This document shows, one piece after another, positions 1 to 19,839 of a DNA stretch of 64,000 nucleotides. The translations under genes and the position numbers were made by a program. Within the stretch, counting starts at the first letter, position 1, and every line of letters begins with the position of its first letter. The stretch lies in assembly GCF_009914755.1 (NCBI RefSeq), contig NC_060945.1; one strand, 5' to 3'. Below the pieces are notes generated by a model. It was not told the DNA's origin. It made no database searches and saw only the letters and a program-made list of their open reading frames with translations. Source of the DNA: the human T2T-CHM13v2.0 reference genome, Homo sapiens.

Positions 1-257
1 AGATCCCCCACTAGCTCCAGAGACATCTGATTCATAAGACCCAATATAAAAGCTAATAGACTATTCTTTCAAAGTCCTTGGTGGTGAAGGGAAGGAAAAA
101 GCAAGACGGCACAGTAACTAGAAGCAGGGCAAAGGTTAGTTTAAGATAGGAGAGATGCAAGCATAATTAATGTAGGCTGTGGAAAGAGAGCCTGGAAAGA
201 AGGGGCCAAGATAAAATGAAGAACTTGAGAAAGTGAGAGAGATGGATGCAGATTTAA

Positions 258-3323
<3,066 letters not shown>

Positions 3324-5563
3324 CTGGAGGAGCTTTTAAATATTAATAATATTAGTTCTTTGTGATTTGACCCGCAACTTTTCCCCTCAAGTTATCTGAC
3401 TGTTTGTATTTGCCCTTTTATGGCTATGTAATCTTAATCCTTCCTAAGTCCCACAGAGAAGCCATTTCCAAACCATTCTGGTTCAACCTGACTTATCTCT
3501 CCCTCCTTGAAATTGTACCCTCACTGGGAGCTCAGGGTCACCTGTCTTTTCATGTGTTTATCTCCTATCTCTAAGCAGATGTCAGAGTTCTGAAAGGCAG
3601 AAACATCTTTACATCTAACTGTTCAACACATAAACTCTCAGTAATCTTTGCTGATGATAATAATTGTAGCAGCTCTGGCTGTGTTCATATCAAGCCATTG
3701 CTGCATGTATCGCCATAACAGTGTGTCTCCTTGATTTATCTTTGGTTTCTTCAAGTTGTCGGAATTTTTGCCAAGAGCAGTTTTATGGAATCAGCACAAA
3801 CTAATGAAGAAAGTGAGTTATCTTGCATTTGAAAAGATGTGTCTAGGTTACATCTTAGGTCAGCTGTCACACACTATCCCAAGTTCAATGTTGGCTGCTG
3901 GCACTGTGCTCTTTTAATGTTTCTAAGTAAGACATCTTCTCACATAGTCCCAGAACTGTCAACAATGAGATAATTTTTTGGGAACAGGAGAATGACCTTG
4001 CGATTCTGGGAGGAGAGAACGTGATAGAAAAGATATCAGTGACTGCAATTTGCAACCTGTTGGGAAATCATAGTCCTCTAACATTCACCAGTCTTTTAAT
4101 CTGACAAGGAGGGGACATTTTATGTGTTCACAGAAACGAGAGAACACAAAGTAAAATTAAACAATTACATGAGAGGAACCATAATCTCTGCCTTCTCAAG
4201 TAAAAGATACTATCTGCTGTGTTCGGGACATGATAAAGATGTGCTATATAGTAGACCAGGAGAGCTTTATGAATGTATGTATATATAGATTTGGTTTAAA
4301 CTTCTTGTAATGTTATGGGCAAAAGATTTGTGGTACAGTTAAGTGAAGAAATTTACATAGCAGTTAAAGTTCTGCAAAAAACAGAAACGTCCATAGGCTG
4401 TTTTAAATGTTAAAATAAAAACCTTTAAATGTCTATAGTAGTCATAGGAAAGATATACCAAATTTTAAGAGATTAACTTGGGGTGGTTGTTTTTCAGATT
4501 TTCTCCAACATATATGTATAACTGTTGTACATCATCCATTTTAGTATCAGAGCAATACTTGAAATACGCTACCATCTCATCCAAAATAGCCATCAGATGA
4601 TTTGGCCATGCTGACACACACTCGAAAATCCACTTTGCTCCCCCTGGTATCAGTGAACAGACATATTTTAATGATTAAATACCCAAATGTTAACTAAGAA
4701 ATAAATGTATAATCCTCTCTTTGAGTTTGCTCAAAGGCTGAGGAAGAAGAGAGAAATATCTTAAAGAGATTTTTAAAATTCAGCACTATCCTAATGATCA
4801 CATGGGATTCCTTTTTGGACCCTTTCTTTGAGGACAGTTTACCAGAAAGACCTCATTATGATCTGGTCCCATCTCTGTTAAAATTAGCTTGTAATGGATC
4901 TACAAGGCTGCCTACGGGTGTAGTAACCTCACACAGAATGGATCTTAACCTCCTTCCTTCCTTTTGTTGCTATGTTAGAAAGGGATCCATTATAGCCACA
5001 AGTTAGTGCTTTCGAGGCTTGCATACATAGGACATGCTTATTCCTGGGTTTGTGTGTTTGTGTGTGTATGTGTATGCAATCAACTCAGGTGGGAAAGATT
5101 TGTGCTTACTCATGATTTAAGATAAATGGAAGGATTCTGTTAGAAGAAGTAAATGTAATGGTTAAGAGTTTGGACTCTGGAGTTAGAGGTTATCCTGGCT
5201 CAGCCACTGAACAAATGAAGAACAAACTGTATAGACCTCAAGAACATACATGAGATAATCCATGTAAAGCACCTAGTCCAGCGTTTGGCTGGTATGAAGC
5301 CATCAATAAATGATGATTTTTAATTAAAGACGTAGCTTTGGCTTTTTATTTATTTTGGTCTGTAACAGCGATGTGAAGATCATCTTCTAAGGAAAGAGCG
5401 TATTGTAGTGCAGGGTGGTTCACGTACACATCATCGTGCCATCCTGCATTCACAAGTTTGGTTATTCTGTCTTGCAAACGTTCAAATGGTTCCTAATGTA
5501 TTTGGACATCTTACTATTATTAAGGTCTTGCGATTCTGAAAGTTTTAAAAAGTCCTGCCCCTA

Positions 5564-7607
<2,044 letters not shown>

Positions 7608-7733
7608 TCTTCTCAGTACTCCTATAGTTTCATAACTTACGTGATTTCTTTAATATATTTGGAATCTATTTTTATGGTTTGAAGTAGGGGGTTAATTTTT
7701 AAAAATGGATAGCCAAATACCTATTAATTTTTG

Positions 7734-9576
<1,843 letters not shown>

Positions 9577-12500
9577 CTATTAATTTTTGATTAGTGGATT
9601 CTTCATCTTTAATTTGAAAAGCCCCATTCACCAAACTTCTGTATATAAATGTTTCTGGTTCTGGATCTGTAATTCTGTTTCACTGGTGAATTAGTTTATT
9701 CCTATGTTATACTTCAGAGTATGTATTAATAAATAATGTAAAAGGAAAAATACTCTCTGCTCATTGTTTTACTTAAAACAATTCTTGGTAATTCTTGAAA
9801 TTTACTCTTCCATGTAAACTTAAAATCAGGCTTTCTAGTTACATAAAATTTTGCTGGGATTTTAAAATTATGATTTCTATTGACTTTATGTATTAATTTG
9901 TAGAAAAGTAAAGCTTTTATAATATCAGGTCCATTTAAAAATGATATATTCTTCTATTCAGTTTTTGTCTTTCACCAAATTTTAATAATTTTCTTCTCTA
10001 TAGGACTCACTCCTTTTTGTTGTTGTTAAAGTTTATTTCCAGGTATTTAATAAATTTTCTTTCACTTTTCTTTTTTGCATCCCTCTACTCCCTAATACTT
10101 TTTCTTAATAATGGGGTTTTCTCCCACCAAATACTATATTTAACATTTTTCTCATGAATATTATCATATTATATATAATGGGAACACTGGAGGAAACTAT
10201 GCACTATTGCTACCCCATTATAAGTATTTACTATTTCAGAATATTTCCTTGTAGACACAGTATGATTACAAACATAAAACTGTAGCCACATTGCAATTGT
10301 TTAATTCAGAAATACAACAGATTGTCCACAAAACATACAATTTGATTATCACTGATGGCAGCATTTGCATCTGCTAAAAATAAATCCATTGAACTTGTCT
10401 TAAAGCCCTTTGAGAAAGTGTCTTTTTACCCTCCAGTTACAAAGTAATAATGCTCAATATAAAAATTTAAAGATCAAAATGTTGAAAGTAGAAAAATAAT
10501 ATTCTCTGTATTTGTCCCATTCCCCGCCTCTGAGAACACTAACTACCATTAACAATTTTTTGCCCCCAGACAATACTAGCACCATTCTAGGCATACCATT
10601 TTTTTTTTATTCTACTCTTTTTTAATGGCTACATGGTATTTTCCACAGCATTTCCTTGAACAGATGTTCAAATTTTATTAAACTGTTCATCTATTGGTGG
10701 CTACTTGGGCTTTTGTTATTTTTGCCACCCAAAACAATTTTGCAGTGAACACTTATTACGTAGGTAATGGTCCTCGTTTGAGTACTTCTGTAGATAAATT
10801 TCTAGAAGTACGTACAATTGCTTGATCAAGGGATATATACTTCAAGAAGGTGTAACTGCCCTCCTCTTTAAGCCTCTAGTAACACTGTAAGAGACTGCTT
10901 CCCCTACACCCTCACCAATATTGGGCATTATTAATTTTGATTCCCAAAATAAATGTTTTAATTTGTATTTAGTGTTCATATATTTATTGGTCATAACACT
11001 AATATTATACACAGAAATGATCCATTAAACCTCTAGTCTAGATAGAAATGTGTTTCACCCATATTCCCTATGGATTTATATTTTATAAATTTTATATATG
11101 TATACACACAAATAAACATTTTTTAGCCATGGCATTGCTGTCTAAATCATAATTAGTATTTTTAAGTCCTATGAAATTTAAACACAAAGTCTCCCATGAT
11201 TATGTTTCTTAACTTTTATGGAAGAAATTTTTGTAGCTAGGTATTTTTTTTTTTTTTGATAGGAGAAACAAATTCAGTACTTTTATTTGTGCTGATTGTG
11301 TGCTTTACAGAATAAACATCAAACTACCCTAATTGCAGTGATGTATCTGCTACAAGTCTTAATGGTGAATTTGTTTTTGATAAGGGTTAAACATGCTTCC
11401 ACTTTTGTCCTTATGTTACCCTTAAAAGTATACATGAAAGAACAAAGGAACATAGAAGATGGACTAATGCTATTAAATTTGGAAGTGGGTGATGGTTTCT
11501 GCAATGAATAAAATGTACATATTTTAAAGAGGAATTGCATGAGCCTTCCCTTGTGCTCATGAGTGCTTGTGTGACAACTTCGCAGTACGAGTCAATGCCA
11601 TAAAGTGCCATATGCAATGCAGGGATATTGTTGTGTTTCCGTAAGAGCCTCACAATGTTATTGCTTCATCCATTGCAATAGATTCCAGAGTATATGAAGA
11701 AATTTGGCACAAAGTTTACTAACGTTGTACACTCTGTTAAATTGCCAAGTAACTGATAAGTAAGAAAAAAAAGTTAAAGACTGTGACAGACTTGGGAATT
11801 ACTACTCATTATGTGTGATCTTTCCATGTAACAAGTCATTGGTACAGTTTGCTTTGTCATCTCAGTCTTCACTCTACTGGGTTGTACTGTTTATTGCAAT
11901 TTAATTTCTATTTCCAGCAATAAAATTACTATCAGATGATCAGCCAGCTCCCTCTTCAGATATATCTGAGTAGTTTGTAACAAGAAACTTGGCCAAAGAT
12001 TTATTAGTGGTTAATCAATAGATACTTTAATGTCTTATATTCTCATTAATTTACCTTCGCACTGGTTCCTTTTTTTAAAAAAAATCTTGGTCTGATAATG
12101 AACCTTCTTACAAGTTTCAAGATTTGGTAGATTTTATAGGTAACAAAATGAATCTGATGGCAAGGTACCATGGCATGGGCCTTAAAAAAGCCCAGCTGGG
12201 TTTTAAGTCAGAGCTTCATTATTTAGTTTTCTGTGATCTTGGGCATTTTTAACTTCTCTGGAATCCTTATCTAACTGGGATGATAATGGTACATACCCCC
12301 TGAGGCTGTGATGATTAAATAAGTTGTTGCCATGTAGTAATAAAAATTAAAAAAATTATTTACTATTATCTGTAAAATGGACAGAATGGCTACACAATAA
12401 ACTGTACATGGTAGGTGTTTGTATTTTTCCCTCTTCCTAATCATAAAATAAGAAATTAACACATACCTCTGTTAGCTGAGAAGTCAACATAAATGCTTTA

Positions 12501-13242
12501 TTATCTTAACTTGGAACCACAGAAGTTTACTAAAAAGTTAAATACTTTGAGATAAATATTATACTAATAAACCAGAAATAAGCACTGCTTTAGTATTAAT
12601 GTGATAGAACTTACTAAAACTTTTTTTTTCAAATATCCAAGTTTAACCTATGAAATTTAGAGCTTTGCAGTTATGCCTACAAATACAAAAATAAAATGGA
12701 GAATTTAAACAAATTATTGTTCAGTGATAAACCACTCCTGCTTGAAATAGCCCGATAAGGCTTTCAAGCTGAAATTATGTAGTCATGTTTTAAGAGCCAC
12801 CTTGGAGTTGTCTAAGGGAGACAAACTTAAGAGAACAAAGCACCTAGAGTCATAATTACTACTAAAAAAGGGTTTGGCAAACTTTTGTACCCCATGCTTG
12901 CTAGAACTTAAGACCCAGTTGCTGAGTGACAGTTTTATTTCATTAGGAATAGATTGGAAAAGCCATATTTATGAGAGCTTTCTTTTGCTCTAAATAAGTT
13001 TCAGGACAAGGTGGAGGATGGGTAGTCGAAACACTGGCAGAATCTTCTATGAGTAGTAACATCTACCTGTATGCAGTTGAATTCAAAACTAGTGGTTTCC
13101 CCAAGAGGCCCTGTCATTTAATCGTCAGAACTAATTAAGGAGATTTTGTAGTAACGTGGAATGTTCTGGCTACTAGGTATGTGCCAAAAATAACACTTCC
13201 TTCTTTACACTATTATGCTTCTGATTTTCCCAACAAACCTAT

Positions 13243-13485
13243 ATAGTCATCCCTCAGTATCCTTGGAGGATTTGTTCCAGGACCCTCCTGGATACCAAAA
13301 TCCTCAGATGCTCAAGTGCCTTATATAAAATGGCTTCGTATTTGCATATAACCTATGTACATCCTTTAAATCTAGATAATACCTAATGCAATGTAGTTAT
13401 ATTTTAAAATTTGTATTTTTTAATTTTTGAGTATTTTCCATACATGGTTAAATACAGATGAAAAACCTACAGATGAGGACCAATT
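13243..13485. mobile_element. MER2-like Tigger-family element
   Basis: agtcatccctcagtatcc...gttccaggaccc...ggataccaaaatcc...gatgctcaagt...ttatataaaatggc. Confidence 0.75.
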
Positions 13486-14171
13486 TGCTCATAAGCAAAG
13501 CAATAAATAAATTCTGTCTGCTAACTTCATGATAAAAATACTTGAAACTTTCCAACTTTACGCCAATCACCTACAAATCTGTCATTATCACCACAAAACT
13601 CTCAAGGACCCATAAGGAAGCAGTGTGATGACTCTGAAAGTAATTTTTTTTTCCTTTTTTTCTTTCAATAACTTTGGTTAAAAAAAATTGATAAAACGCA
13701 TCTCCCTTGTGACACTAATAAACAAACATGCTCATGTTTGAATAGGCAGTCACTAGATTTCAGGAAAAGAGTAGATATGGTTTAGAGAGATGTTAAAATT
13801 GTGTATGGCTTAAAGAGTACAATATTAAAGCTAGAAAAGTCTCTAAGGTTTAAAAATGAGTTTTCTGAAGTTGCAAACTTTAAAAACTGACTTTACATTT
13901 TCATACTATTGAGCTATACCTTTATGATTTGTGCAGTTTTGTATTTCAACAGAATTTATCTTCCTAAAAATAACAATAATTTGTGGAATAGCCATGGCCA
14001 TTCAATGATTTATTAGCAAGTTGTGATTTTTCTGGTAAGTCAAATAATTTAAGACTGCAAATTTAAAGATGAAGGTGATGGAAAAAGTATTGCTGATCTT
14101 AGTTTTTAAAAATTTACCTTTGGAGAAAAATCAAAACTCTTATAGAGATATCTCTTTTTTTCTTTTTGTAG

Positions 14172-14213
14172 TTCAAGTACCCTTACAAGACTGATGGAAT
14201 TACAGTTGTATAA
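14172..14213 (+). CDS. CXADR: CXADR alternative terminal exon 8 (CAR-Ex8 isoform C-terminus)
   Basis: Strong acceptor tctctttttttctttttgtag| followed by TTC AAG TAC CCT TAC AAG ACT GAT GGA ATT ACA GTT GTA TAA = FKYPYKTDGITVV*. This is the known 13-aa CAR-Ex8 tail with a class I PDZ-binding motif. Too short for the ORF track. Confidence 0.95.
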   Translation, partial: FKYPYKTDGITVV

Positions 14214-14669
14214 ATATGGACTACTGAAGAATCTGAAGTATTGTATTATTTGACTTTATTTTAGGCCTCTAGTAAAGACTTAAATGTTTTTTAAAAAAAG
14301 CACAAGGCACAGAGATTAGAGCAGCTGTAAGAACACATCTACTTTATGCAATGGCATTAGACATGTAAGTCAGATGTCATGTCAAAATTAGTACGAGCCA
14401 AATTCTTTGTTAAAAAACCCTATGTATAGTGACACTGATAGTTAAAAGATGTTTTATTATATTTTCAATAACTACCACTAACAAATTTTTAACTTTTCAT
14501 ATGCATATTCTGATATGTGGTCTTTTAGGAAAAGTATGGTTAATAGTTGATTTTTCAAAGGAAATTTTAAAATTCTTACGTTCTGTTTAATGTTTTTGCT
14601 ATTTAGTTAAATACATTGAAGGGAAATACCCGTTCTTTTCCCCTTTTATGCACACAACAGAAACACGCG

Positions 14670-15112
14670 TTGTCATGCCTCAAACTATTTTTTATTTGCA
14701 ACTACATGATTTCACACAATTCTCTTAAACAACGACATAAAATAGATTTCCTTGTATATAAATAACTTACATACGCTCCATAAAGTAAATTCTCAAAGGT
14801 GCTAGAACAAATCGTCCACTTCTACAGTGTTCTCGTATCCAACAGAGTTGATGCACAATATATAAATACTCAAGTCCAATATTAAAAACTTAGGCACTTG
14901 ACTAACTTTAATAAAATTTCTCAAACTATATCAATATCTAAAGTGCATATATTTTTTAAGAAAGATTATTCTCAATAACTTCTATAAAAATAAGTTTGAT
15001 GGTTTGGCCCATCTAACTTCACTACTATTAGTAAGAACTTTTAACTTTTAATGTGTAGTAAGGTTTATTCTACCTTTTTCTCAACATGACACCAACACAA
15101 TCAAAAACGAAG
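14670..15112 (-). other. BTG3: BTG3 3' UTR (end approximate)
   Basis: AU-rich stretch after the stop codon, ending about 20 nt past the minus-strand AATAAA at 14691-14696. Confidence 0.8.
14691..14696 (-). terminator. BTG3: Likely main BTG3 polyadenylation signal (AATAAA)
   Basis: tttatt on plus strand; GU-rich sequence (gtgtttctgttgtgtg) follows on the minus strand. Confidence 0.75.
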
Positions 15113-15352
15113 TTAGTGAGGTGCTAACATGTGAGGATTAATCCAGTGATTCCGGTCACAATGCATTCCAGGAGGAGGTACCCATGTCACTGGAATTGGG
15201 CGATATGGTTTATTTTTTCTTCCCTGATTTGGATAACCAAATGGAACAGGAGGAGGATAGTGATTCTGATGGCCATTCCCTCGATACATTCCTGGCTTTT
15301 TTCTGGGCAAAGGGTGCCACATTGGAAGAGGTGGAAATATAAGTTCTGAAAT
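15113..15352 (-). CDS. BTG3: BTG3 last coding exon (proline-rich C-terminus)
   Basis: Acceptor ccctacag|, reads ISELIFPPLPMWHP...NPHMLAPH then TAA (ORF track 15113..15370). Exon sum 173+138+208+240=759 nt, i.e. 252 aa plus stop. Confidence 0.98.
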   Translation of the reverse strand: MSELIFPPLPMWHPLPRKKPGMYRGNGHQNHYPPPVPFGYPNQGRKNKPYRPIPVTWVPPPGMHCDRNHWINPHMLAPH

Positions 15353-15659
15353 CTGTAGGGAAGAGAACACATTAAGTTAATTCAAAGGAAAAAATCATCA
15401 TCTATGTTCCAGATTTCTCATTAAAGACAAAGTTACCCACAACACTGAGATCACATCTAAGTGACACTCCTATTGTCAGGTCTAAATACATTAAAAACCT
15501 CATGTGTAATAGGCGTATAATGTATAACAGGTGACCAATGTTTTCTGAATGCATAAAGAAATGAATAAACTCAAACACAGTACTTCCTAAACAACTTCAA
15601 CCAAAAAAGACCAAAACATGGAACGAATGGAAGCTTGTAAGGACATGCTTGTTTTAGTC

Positions 15660-16162
15660 CAGTGGTTTCCACAGCTGGCTAAGCCAGGAGTCACTTGGAG
15701 GCTTTTAAATACAAAACATTGGAGCTGGAGGCCATTATCCTTAGCAAACTAATGCAGAAACAGAAAATCAACTACCGCATGTTCTCACTTATAAGTGGGA
15801 GGTAATGATAAGAACTTATGAACACAAAGAAGGAAACAATAGACATTGGAGTCTATTTGAGAGGGGAGGGTGGGAGAAGGAAAAGGAGCAGAAAAGATAA
15901 CTATTGAGTACTGGGCTTCACACCTGGGTGATGAAATAATATGTACAACAAATCCCTGTGACACATGTTTACCTATGGAACAAACCTTCATGTGTATCCC
16001 TAAACCTAAAATAAAAGTTAAAAAAAAAAAAAGATAAACACAAAACATTCATGCCCTAGCACTGGTCTAATGAACAATAATAAAATCTCAGAACTAGAGG
16101 CCAGGTATTTTGACAAAGCTCCCCAGGTGATTCTGATGTAGCCAGTTTAGTATTTGGGAATA
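15660..16162. mobile_element. MER5-like hAT element split by an older-primate L1 3' end (15721-16034, plus)
   Basis: L1 tail (gttctcacttataagtgggag...aaaataaaagttaaaaa) flanked by TAAAYACAAAACATT at 15706-15720 and 16035-16049. MER5 motifs cagtggtttcc and aagctccccaggtgattctgatg on either side. Confidence 0.75.
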
Positions 16163-16329
16163 ATAGTTTTAGATTATCCCATAAATCAGGTGGGCACGTC
16201 AGGTTCACATTATTCAAAGTGTTCTTATCAGCAGTTTTAGACCTCTCTGCTTAGAATGCCACATCTTCTTAAATTTCTGATTTTGCTGATCTCAAATCTG
16301 CATTTCTAAGTATAGGATTTTTTTAAAAA

Positions 16330-17860
16330 AATTATATTGTGTATAGCATTGCATTCATGATAGAAAATTCAAAAAGTACAAAAGGGTAAACTGTGGAAAG
16401 TCCCTCTTTTTTTATCTCACCCTTTATCTTCTTTATCTTAACCCTTCTCAAGGGCAACTGACACCAAACATTTTTTTAAATATACCTTTAGAGATATTCT
16501 ATCCACATCTATACACACTTTAAAAATATATATGTATACTGGATTGTATCCTGCTTTTTACATTTCATAATAATACATTTCAGAAACATATCAATACATA
16601 AAGATCCTTCTCATTTTTCTACAGCTAGATAGTATAGCAATGACTATAAATTAAATGGTCTCCTAGTAATGGGACATTGAGGCTGTTTTCAGTCTCTTAC
16701 TATTAAAAAAACAATGATACACAACGAACAAAACAATGCTGCAATGAATAACAGCACAGTTAATTCTAATAGAAGGCTTTATAGGCATATTTTCGTTTCT
16801 TTTGGTAAATATTTAATACTTAGGAGTGGAACTGCTGAGTAATAGAAGAGTTACACATTTAACGTTAAAAAGTTCCAGTTTTCCAAAGTAGTGGTACTAT
16901 TTTACATGACTAGCAAGTTTATGAATCTAGCTGCTTCACATCCTTGCTAACATTTCATGCTGTCAGGCTTTTAAATTGTGCAGTTCTGGAAGAACTAGTG
17001 TTTCATATGGATTTAATTTGCATTCCTCTGATCATAAATGAGGCCATTCACATAACTCCTTTTGTAAAGTGTTTATTCACATCTTTTGCTCCTCCTGCCC
17101 TTTTTTTGAGATTACAGCAGGATATGCCCATTATTTTTCATTGAATCATTTACCTTTTACTAGTGATTTGTGAGCGATTTTAAAAAAAGTATATTCTGGA
17201 AATAAGTCCTTTACAGATATATGTAATGAGAATATTTTGTCCTAGTCTATGGTTTGCCCATTTTCTTAATGGTTTCTTTGATGAACAAAAAGATGATTAA
17301 TTTTGATGAAGTCCAGTTTGTCAATTTTTTTCCCTTATTAGTTACTTTTTGTGACCCTCTAGAGGAAATATTTGCCTGTCACAAAATAAAGATTATATTT
17401 CCCTATGTTTTCTTCTAAAAGCGTCAGAGATTTATCTTTTATGTCTAGGTACACAATCCATCTCAAATCAATATTTTTGTGTATGGTGTCAGCTAAGTTA
17501 GGTTCGTTTTTTTTCCTACACAGATCATCCAGTTGTTTCAGCACAAGTTCTTGAAGACTTTCCCCATTGAATTGCTTTGGCACTTTTGTTAAAAGGGAGA
17601 AAAAAGACTAACTGTATGTATGTGGGTCTACTTCTGGACTCTCTATCCTGTGCCATCAATATATTTGTATGTTTTTAAACCATTACCACACTGTCTTGAT
17701 GAATATATAATAGCTTTGAATTAGTGTGAGCCCTCCAACTGATCCTCCTTTTTTAAAATTTTGAATCAATTTGTCACTTTCCAGAAAAAAACCTTTTAAG
17801 ATGTTCATTGATACTGAATTGGATCTACAGATCTATTTCAGGAGAACTGACACAATCTTC
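16330..17860 (-). mobile_element. Old L1M fragments (BTG3 intron 4)
   Basis: Degenerate L1 ORF2/3' UTR motifs (ttaatttgcattcctctgat, ttttgatgaagtccagtttgtc); ORF 17359..17583 is weakly ORF2-like. Confidence 0.7.
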
Positions 17861-19631
17861 ATTTCTTCGTTTTTTAAGATATGAATAATTCTTTATCCCC
17901 TCTCTTGGGATACCTTTTAGAAAACAGTAGAGAACAAAAATTCCAAGCTAGAAATTTTGTTGTCCTTATTTGATAAAACTTTTTTAAAGCTTGTGGCAAT
18001 GCCAGATTCAAGATACTAGAAAGAAGAAAATCAAAGTGGGCCATTTGCACTAGCTTTCACACAAGTAGTGTTTCTCTATTATAAAATGTTTTGCTAATGA
18101 GTATTAGGCCAAGGAGAAATGTTTTCCTTAAAAAGCACGTAAGAGACACCTCAATTTCCATACCTTTCTGTTATCCTAATAGTCTTTCAACATGAGGGAA
18201 AATAAATGCAATTTAATTTTAAAAGAAATCCTAAAAATTAAAGGTTAATTTGCTTGTAAAAAATTAGCAGCAATCAATTTAATTTGAGACTTACATTCTT
18301 GCTTAACAACAAATAAAATTCTGAGGTAAAATTGCCACACATTTGGATGAATTCCAGAAAATTCAATATACCTAATTTGCAATATATAATCCATCACACA
18401 GAGAAAAAAAATGCCTCAAATATTTATGGCAAGGTTTTTAAAAATGATCCTGAAGTACAAATACTATGTTTACTTATTTATATAGGGAATGTCTCTGGAA
18501 GGATACTAAAAAAAAGAAAAAAAAACCTGGTAATGAATGTCTCTGTGGAAATGCATAGGGACTGGTGGTTGGGGAGAAAGAGGACTTCTCACTATTATAC
18601 TGTCTTGTACTGTTTGAAGTTTCATAAAGCCAGGTACATGTTATATACATATACATATACATACACATATACATAGAATCCTAAATTATGATAATCTTCA
18701 GAAATAATCTTCCCCTAAAGTCTAGGAAGAATAATTCAACTGAGAAAAAAATGAGAAACCAAAAATTAAGTTACACTGAAATAATGTTCATTATGTAAAT
18801 GTATGCTGAATTTAAAAGTTTAGTTTATCATACTAAAAGCTCCAATATTCTGCTTCTTACTCATTAGGTCTAAATTTTCATTTTCAGCTCAACCTTACCA
18901 CAAACCTGGTATGTTTCACATTTAATCAAAGCAAGTAAGTAAAAATAGATAACCTTTAAAAATTAGTAATAAGTACATTTACAGAATAAGGCTCAACTCA
19001 AAAAATCTCTTTAAATTGTTATGACTTTAAAATATCTTTCCTGTTGAAGAATGCTGTTTGGTCAACAATTTTTTAAAGTCGATTAAATGTTCTTTGGTAT
19101 GTAGATATAAATAGTAAATCAGTGAATGGATCTGTAAGTGCAGGCACACTAGCTATATGACTTTTCAACTAGTAAAGCAAAAAGGGAGACAATGTTTCAG
19201 CTTGAGTAAAATATTAATTATAATATAATAAATTTAGAGAGGTTTCTCTTTAATCATGGAACGGGAGAGAATAGAAAGTTAAACCCAAAGGTACAAAACA
19301 AAGTGTTACATACTACAAAAAATAAGTGGTAACTTTTGAATGAGATTTTAAAATATCAGGAATGTTTTACCATCATGAATTTTCTACTTTTTGCCAATTT
19401 TTCTGAAATATATTTATCCTAGTTATTGTATAGTGAAGCTGACCTTTGATAAAATGACTCAGGATGCCTATTTACGTGCCAGAGAAACAGCTTTCCCTTA
19501 GCATGGGGAAAGGCAAGAACTATTATCCAGAATCTCAAGTCAGAAACCTTGGGCAATGCCAAGTAGGACTACCTGAAAGGTCCTGGCAATCCCTGCACAT
19601 CCCTTTAAAACTGAGCTGTTTTCATGGTTAC

Positions 19632-19839
19632 CTGGTACACAGGACTTGCGGCTGCAGTCACCGAACTGGGTTTCACTTCCATTTCCTTACTTGTTTCTTC
19701 ATCTGAAGAAGAGGATCCTGAATGATAATCAGAGGTAACCTTATCAAGGGCCCTGGTAACTTTCCTGGAGATCTCATCCTTGTTCTCATCTTTATTTTCA
19801 AAGCTGGCAACAATGAATGCATTGTTTTTCTCTCCATAC
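19632..19839 (-). CDS. BTG3: BTG3 exon 4
   Basis: Acceptor ttttattcttag|, reads YGEKNNAFIVASFENKDENKDEISRKVTRALDKVTSDYHSGSSSSDEETSKEMEVKPSSVTAAASPVYQ, donor CAG|gtaacc. 208 nt. Confidence 0.98.

Noticed and set aside
15353-15370. ORF-track N-terminus MFSSLQ of the 85-aa ORF
   Set aside because: Intronic polypyrimidine/acceptor sequence; the true exon starts at 15352.
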